Part shown: one piece after another, positions 59,747-64,000 of the stretch | Layout: the number at the start of each line of letters is the position of its first letter | Position numbering within the stretch: position 1 is the stretch's first letter | From: an uncultured virus (IMG/VR IMGVR_UViG_3300028571_000012) | Lineage: Duplodnaviria > Heunggongvirae > Uroviricota > Caudoviricetes | Virus record (IMG/VR): IMGVR_UViG_3300028571_000012 | Length of the DNA stretch: 64,000 bases | Strand: one strand, 5' to 3' | Made by a program: the position numbers and the translations under genes | The notes under the pieces: model-generated | Seen by the model: only the letters and a program-made list of their open reading frames with translations | What the model was told of the DNA's origin: nothing | The model's database searches: none

Positions 59747-59831
59747 TGGTGCGGCCGTGTGGTTTCGATCCACTCCCCCGAAGAGATAAGATTTACAGTC
59801 TTACTGCTGGAGCCACCAGCTTTCCGTCCGC
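59747..59831 (-). tRNA. tRNA-Tyr(GTA)
   Basis: TAAGA-CT GTA AA-TCTTA, variable arm, CCA. Confidence 0.85.
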
Positions 59832-59938
59832 TTTGAAAATTTAAACAGCTTTAACAAGCATACAACCTCAGCAATCCGAAGACTGGAACTTAATCCAAAC
59901 TGAGAGCATCGCTACTGTTCCTGAGTGCGGTTGCAAAT

Positions 59939-60013
59939 TGGTCCTCCTGGTTGGGAATGATCCAACGACCCGGCCCTTATAAAGAACCCCCTCTACCACT
60001 GAGCTACAGGAGG
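59939..60013 (-). tRNA. tRNA-Ile(TAT)
   Basis: GGTTC-TT TAT AA-GGGCC, body resembles Ile(GAT), CCA. Confidence 0.85.
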
Positions 60014-60342
60014 TGACATTATTAAAAATGTGAGAGGCGTCCATTCGTGACATGAACTGATCTTTCAATCAAGGTGGTCTTACGCTTTCGCGGGTTTACT
60101 TCAACCTCTCGTTGTATTGTGAAAGTTTTAGTAACGGTATCACTATTATATTCCGTTAATGTATTATACATTGCACAATAAGTGTGTTTAGTGTATAATG
60201 TATGAATCATTGTGAAAAGGGACACACGGGCTCATAATATTCGGATTATATGAGCGAGCCCGTGATTTACTACCATGCTCGATATGACACCGACTTGTCA
60301 ATACCGTGGGTTCATGCACCGCATGCTGCTTCCGTGTGAAAT

Positions 60343-60419
60343 TGGTTGCGAGTGCCGGAATCGAACCGACCTCCTAAGCTTATGAAACTTGGCTGGAACC
60401 ACCTCCAGTCTAACTCGCG
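60343..60419 (-). tRNA. initiator-type tRNA-fMet(CAT)
   Basis: C1.A72 mismatch (CGCGAGT/ACTCGCA), CAT anticodon; lacks the three G-C anticodon-stem pairs. Confidence 0.8.
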
Positions 60420-60442
60420 ATTTGAAATACTTGTGAGTGACA

Positions 60443-60515
60443 AAAAGTAAATTGGATTTGCACCAATTCCTCCGGTCACAGCTGGACCGGCACACATCTA
60501 TTATGCTATTACCTT
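60443..60515 (-). ncRNA. tRNA-like cloverleaf with non-canonical anticodon loop
   Basis: AAGGTAA/TTACTTT, CCGGTC-CAGCTGT-GACCGG, ATTGG-TGCAAAT-CCAAT; no CCA. Confidence 0.5.
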
Positions 60516-60600
60516 CACGATGATCCGATCCGTTGCAGCGGGGCTTCACCATCATGTTCACTCACTTGCACGAACAGCCTGCAAGCCGTCCGAAAATTTG

Positions 60601-60690
60601 AGGGCAATATTGGGAATCTAACCCATACTCTACATCTGAAACAACAGACACGCTTAGTTTATTTCAAGTTTGCGCTAGAGTTTATTACCC
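60601..60690 (-). ncRNA. tRNA-like RNA: acceptor plus T arm with branched third stem
   Basis: GGGTAAT/ATTGCCC, TGGG-TTAGATT-CCCA, ACTCTA/TAGAGT. Confidence 0.5.
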
Positions 60691-60749
60691 ATTAAAATTG
60701 GTTTAAATTTAAAGTATTATCCTTTAATTACCAATGCATATTTGAAAAT

Positions 60750-60821
60750 TAGTGGAGTGACTGGGAATCGAACCCAGAGGATACCTTTCGGTTTTTAGAC
60801 CTCCATGCCAGAGATCACCCA
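60750..60821 (-). ncRNA. tmRNA-TLD-like mini RNA
   Basis: Acceptor with G3.U70 and A73, canonical T arm CTGGG-TTCGATT-CCCAG, no D stem or anticodon loop. Confidence 0.55.
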
Positions 60822-61002
60822 TTGAAAATTTCGCTTGTAGGGTCATTCTCCCCTCCCTCTCCTGCTTTCTTTTGCCGCGCCTTCGGGCTACTCTCAGTCA
60901 GGAGTATGCAATTAGCACCTCAAACGTGAATGTGTCGGCGATTACAACATAATCTTTAAAACTCATGAAGTAGAGTTACCGTTCGAACACACAATGTGGT
61001 TC

Positions 61003-61104
61003 TTCAAGTTGATTGGATTAACCAATCTTTTGCGGACTTGATGGCCACATTCTTTTTCAAGTTGATTGGATTAACCAATCTTTTGCGGACTTGATGGCCA
61101 CATT
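61003..61104. repeat. 53-bp-period direct repeat, 2 copies, each with internal hairpins
   Basis: TTCAAGTTGATTGGATTAACCAATCTTTTGCGGACTTGATGGCCACATT at 61003 and 61056. Confidence 0.95.
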
Positions 61105-61247
61105 TTTTTTCAATCAATTGTCAACGCATCATCTTGTGATCCATGCCGTTCAACCACGGTCGTTTTGAGTTTCTCGCACTCATTCAGCGTTTCGTTAGAG
61201 TTATTATACCACATTTTCAGTGGGATGTAAACATCTTTTGTAAATCT

Positions 61248-61447
61248 TTTTTACGTTGGCAGAAGGTTTTGAATCTTCTTTGTTGCCGCCGTATGTGAAT
61301 ATTCTACCATAAAAAGCAGCAGTTGTAAACAACTTTTTACGATTTTTTTTACGTTGGCAGAAGGTTTTGAATCTTCTTTGTTGCCGCCGTATGTGAATAT
61401 TCTACCATAAAAAGCAGCAGTTGTAAACAACTTTTTACGATTTTTTT
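61248..61447 (-). repeat. 98-bp tandem duplication, each copy an early promoter
   Basis: ACGTTGGCAGAAGG... at 61253 and 61351; each has GTTTACA..TATGGTAGAAT. Confidence 0.95.
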
Positions 61448-61475
61448 CATTTTTATTTTTCCCTTATGCCATAAC

Positions 61476-61509
61476 AAAAAGACCCTCGGCTTGGTGGCGG
61501 AGAGTCTTT
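61476..61509 (-). terminator. intrinsic terminator (candidate attenuator)
   Basis: AAAGACTCTC/GAGGGTCTTT stem followed by TTGTT. Confidence 0.7.
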
Positions 61510-61540
61510 CAAAAACTTTTTTGTCGGATTGTTCTCTGCC

Positions 61541-61675
61541 TTATTTTTTTCTAGGATTAAAGCTTTGTGTTCCTGTGGCAATATACGTCTCACTGCCAAA
61601 TGACCACGCACGCGCAACACACAATACGTTGCGTGACGGTGTGTTAGGTTTGACGGAGAGAGGTTTCATATTCAT
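61541..61675 (-). CDS. 44-aa candidate leader peptide
   Basis: MNMKPLSVKPNTPSRNVLCVARAWSFGSETYIATGTQSFNPRKK; late promoter 61680-61687; terminator follows. Confidence 0.5.
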   Translation of the reverse strand: MNMKPLSVKPNTPSRNVLCVARAWSFGSETYIATGTQSFNPRKK

Positions 61676-61716
61676 AAGTTATTTATACAATTTTATGCTT
61701 CAAGAATGAATTATTT

Positions 61717-62337
61717 TTAAATAATTGCAGGCACTTGCTCTCTTGGATTGCCAACAAAAACATCCCATTCAACACGATGGCGCACACTGTCAGACAATGC
61801 CGAAAATTCAACATCGGACAATATTTTTGGAACAACACTTGATCCAAATGCATTGGAATATGGAAATTTTGATCCTTTACGCAAATTGCATTTTTTACAT
61901 GACAGCACAATGTTTGAATCACAATTGACACCACCTTTGCTTCTTGGCACCACATGATCTCGTGTTGCAACCGAATAAGGAATTTCCTTCAAACAATATT
62001 GGCACTTACGATCATAAATGTTGTACAACTGACGCAACTTTATTGTTTTGCGCCTGCGCTTCATAAATCTTTTAGAATTGAAATAGCCAGGAATTACAAC
62101 AATTGTAGGAACTGCATACGCCACGTCTGCTGTACGCATACACGGATAATCATCTGGCAATCCTGTATCATTGCTTATCCATGAGCTCCAATCATGAATG
62201 TTGCCATGCGGATCATATGCTTTTACAGCACCTACCACAAGATTGCGCATTGCCGATCTTGCGTTAAAAAAACCAAGAGGTTCAAACCCACCAGAAAGGA
62301 CTAGTGTTGTTTTTGTTGTTGGCGTGATAGGTTTCAT
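61717..62337 (-). CDS. HNH endonuclease (McrA-like)
   Basis: CQYC, TRDHVVPRSKGG, N.V.SC..CN..KG. Confidence 0.9.
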   Translation of the reverse strand: MKPITPTTKTTLVLSGGFEPLGFFNARSAMRNLVVGAVKAYDPHGNIHDWSSWISNDTGLPDDYPCMRTADVAYAVPTIVVIPGYFNSKRFMKRRRKTIKLRQLYNIYDRKCQYCLKEIPYSVATRDHVVPRSKGGVNCDSNIVLSCKKCNLRKGSKFPYSNAFGSSVVPKILSDVEFSALSDSVRHRVEWDVFVGNPREQVPAII

Positions 62338-62683
62338 ATTATATTGTTGCATTCAAAACTGTAGAAAGACTTAATCGCATATTAAAGTCACATTCTGTAA
62401 TAGGTGTATCAAGTGTCACGCCATCATTTTGAGACCAACCGTTTGCATTTAAAATTTTCACTTTTAAATTTTTATGTGTCGTCCATTCATGTGCGGTCTT
62501 TTTAGGTCCAAAAATATTGTCCCAATTGTCACGTCCTTGTTTGGACAATGTTTTTGAGGCAATCGAATCTCCTGTAATATCATTTTTTGCTGACATAATC
62601 TTTATTGTGTGAATATTATACCTTACTTTAAGGACATTGTAAACAACTGTTTTCAAATCTTACGATATTTATAAATATATATT

Positions 62684-63622
62684 ATGAAAAAGAAAATAAT
62701 GTTCTACGGAAATTGCCAGTTAGGTGTTTTAAGTAGAATGTTAGAAATTCACACACCTCAATTTAATGAGAACTATGAAATACTAAAAGCCGCAGATTAT
62801 GATCTAGCAACAATATGGATTGAAGAAGTTGGTGTTGTCGCTCCTTTTATGTATGTACCAACTACCGAACATGGAATTGCTACCGAAAAAACGATTAAAT
62901 CATTGGAAAGAATTATTGATGATTCGGATATTATTGTAATTCAAAAATTTAATGAGGCAACAGATAGACGCATCGAATTAACTACCGACTATATCTACGA
63001 CAAATATCATAGCACAAAACAAATAATATGCATTCCATCATTTTGGTTTTCTGGTTATTTGTCAGAAAACCATAAAAATGATCTACAAATACCATACATT
63101 TTTATATGGCTTTTAGAAAAAGGTTTAAATAATACGCAAATCCTAGATTGGTTAAAAAATGAAAATGATCCAAAAATTGGAGCCTTAATAGATTATAATG
63201 TGAATAGTTGTTTGGAAGAACTTAAAAGAAGAGAAGCAGATGAATGTTCCAAATATAAATGTTTCATAAGTATTTTAGATATTGTAAATACATATAAAGA
63301 AAATATCATATGTTATAATGTGAGTCACCCAAGTGAATATTACTTTAAAATGTTATACAAAAAATTGATTTGTGTTTTAGATGAAACTCTGTTCTGCAAT
63401 ATAGATGAAAACAATATTATATTGCCCGGTCCGGATTGGGAAATATTTCCGTTGGATTTATGTTGGTTTAGAGAAAACTTTAAAGATTTAAATGTCTCGC
63501 GTAACTCATACCAAACCTTTATTAATATTGATTTTATCAATACTCAAGTTGAACGCGTTAAAACACTTAATGCTGAAGATTTGCAAATATTACAACCAAA
63601 AATAGATTTTCTTAAAGCATAA
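62684..63622 (+). CDS. WcbI-like polysaccharide-modifying protein
   Basis: FYGNCQ, IP..WF.GY, SHPS; late promoter 62670-62677. Confidence 0.65.
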   Translation: MKKKIMFYGNCQLGVLSRMLEIHTPQFNENYEILKAADYDLATIWIEEVGVVAPFMYVPTTEHGIATEKTIKSLERIIDDSDIIVIQKFNEATDRRIELTTDYIYDKYHSTKQIICIPSFWFSGYLSENHKNDLQIPYIFIWLLEKGLNNTQILDWLKNENDPKIGALIDYNVNSCLEELKRREADECSKYKCFISILDIVNTYKENIICYNVSHPSEYYFKMLYKKLICVLDETLFCNIDENNIILPGPDWEIFPLDLCWFRENFKDLNVSRNSYQTFINIDFINTQVERVKTLNAEDLQILQPKIDFLKA

Positions 63623-63626
63623 TATA

Positions 63627-64000
63627 ATGAATGTAGATATTTTAATACGATCCTATAGTAAAGATTTTGAATGGCTTGGACATTCATTAAAAAGTATTGC
63701 GCAATATTCGTCGGGTTTTTCAAACATACATATTGTTGTTCCTGAATCTGATGCGCATTTAATTGGCCATTTAACAAGTGAAAAGGTACATCCTACACTT
63801 GACATGTGTGATGGTTATCTCGCTCAACAAATAACAAAGTTGTATGCTGACACGTGGTGTAAAGGAGACTATGTTTTGCATATAGACAGCGACTGTATAT
63901 TCTATAAAGAGTTTTCACCTGAGTGTTTTTTTATTGATGGTAAACCAGTTTTACTACGAGAAAAATGTGTCGACAGTCCGTGGAATACAATATCCGAAAA
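63627..64000 (+). CDS. GT-A glycosyltransferase-like protein (runs off window end)
   Basis: Manual translation MNVDILIRSYSKDFEWL..SL.SI...GYLAQQITKL.AD....DYVLHIDSD. Confidence 0.65.
   Translation, partial: MNVDILIRSYSKDFEWLGHSLKSIAQYSSGFSNIHIVVPESDAHLIGHLTSEKVHPTLDMCDGYLAQQITKLYADTWCKGDYVLHIDSDCIFYKEFSPECFFIDGKPVLLREKCVDSPWNTISE

Noticed and set aside
57979..60561. ORF-track ORFs across the RNA array
   Set aside because: They overlap tRNAs and structured RNAs and have no protein-like features
53372..60947. Hammerhead or theta/HDV-like ribozymes at tRNA 3' ends
   Set aside because: No CTGATGA..GAAA core or HDV-type nested pseudoknot seen by eye; a covariance search is needed to exclude them fully
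61003..61447. Direct repeats as a CRISPR array
   Set aside because: Only two copies each, no unique spacers, no cas genes; one repeat is a promoter duplication

Overview
64-kb segment of a large AT-rich T4-like (myovirus) phage genome in the standard genetic code. 1-19.5 kb: baseplate/tail module (gp8, RCC1-repeat fibre, gp7-like, gp6, gp25, Ig+3D protein, gp5 split into an OB+CHAP gene and a needle gene, gp27-like, gp53, gp48, gp4, gp54-like, gp26/gp51 joined by a probable -1 frameshift, tape-measure-like protein, PAAR). 19.5-22 kb: gp32, gp59, gp33. 22-53 kb: accessory region, mostly minus strand, with a repeated early-promoter cassette, acyl carrier protein, glycosyltransferases, a holin/spanin-like cassette, UvsE, phosphatases, a kinase, two RNA ligases, methyltransferases, a tmRNA and late proteins with a shared capsid-targeting-like leader. 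53.4-61.1 kb: an array of about 30 tRNAs covering all 20 amino acids, mixed with aberrant tRNA-like RNAs, unidentified structured RNAs and two endonuclease insertions; upstream lie tandem promoters, a candidate leader-peptide attenuator and an HNH gene. The most unusual signals are in and around this RNA array. All calls are by eye; no database searches or folding programs were run.
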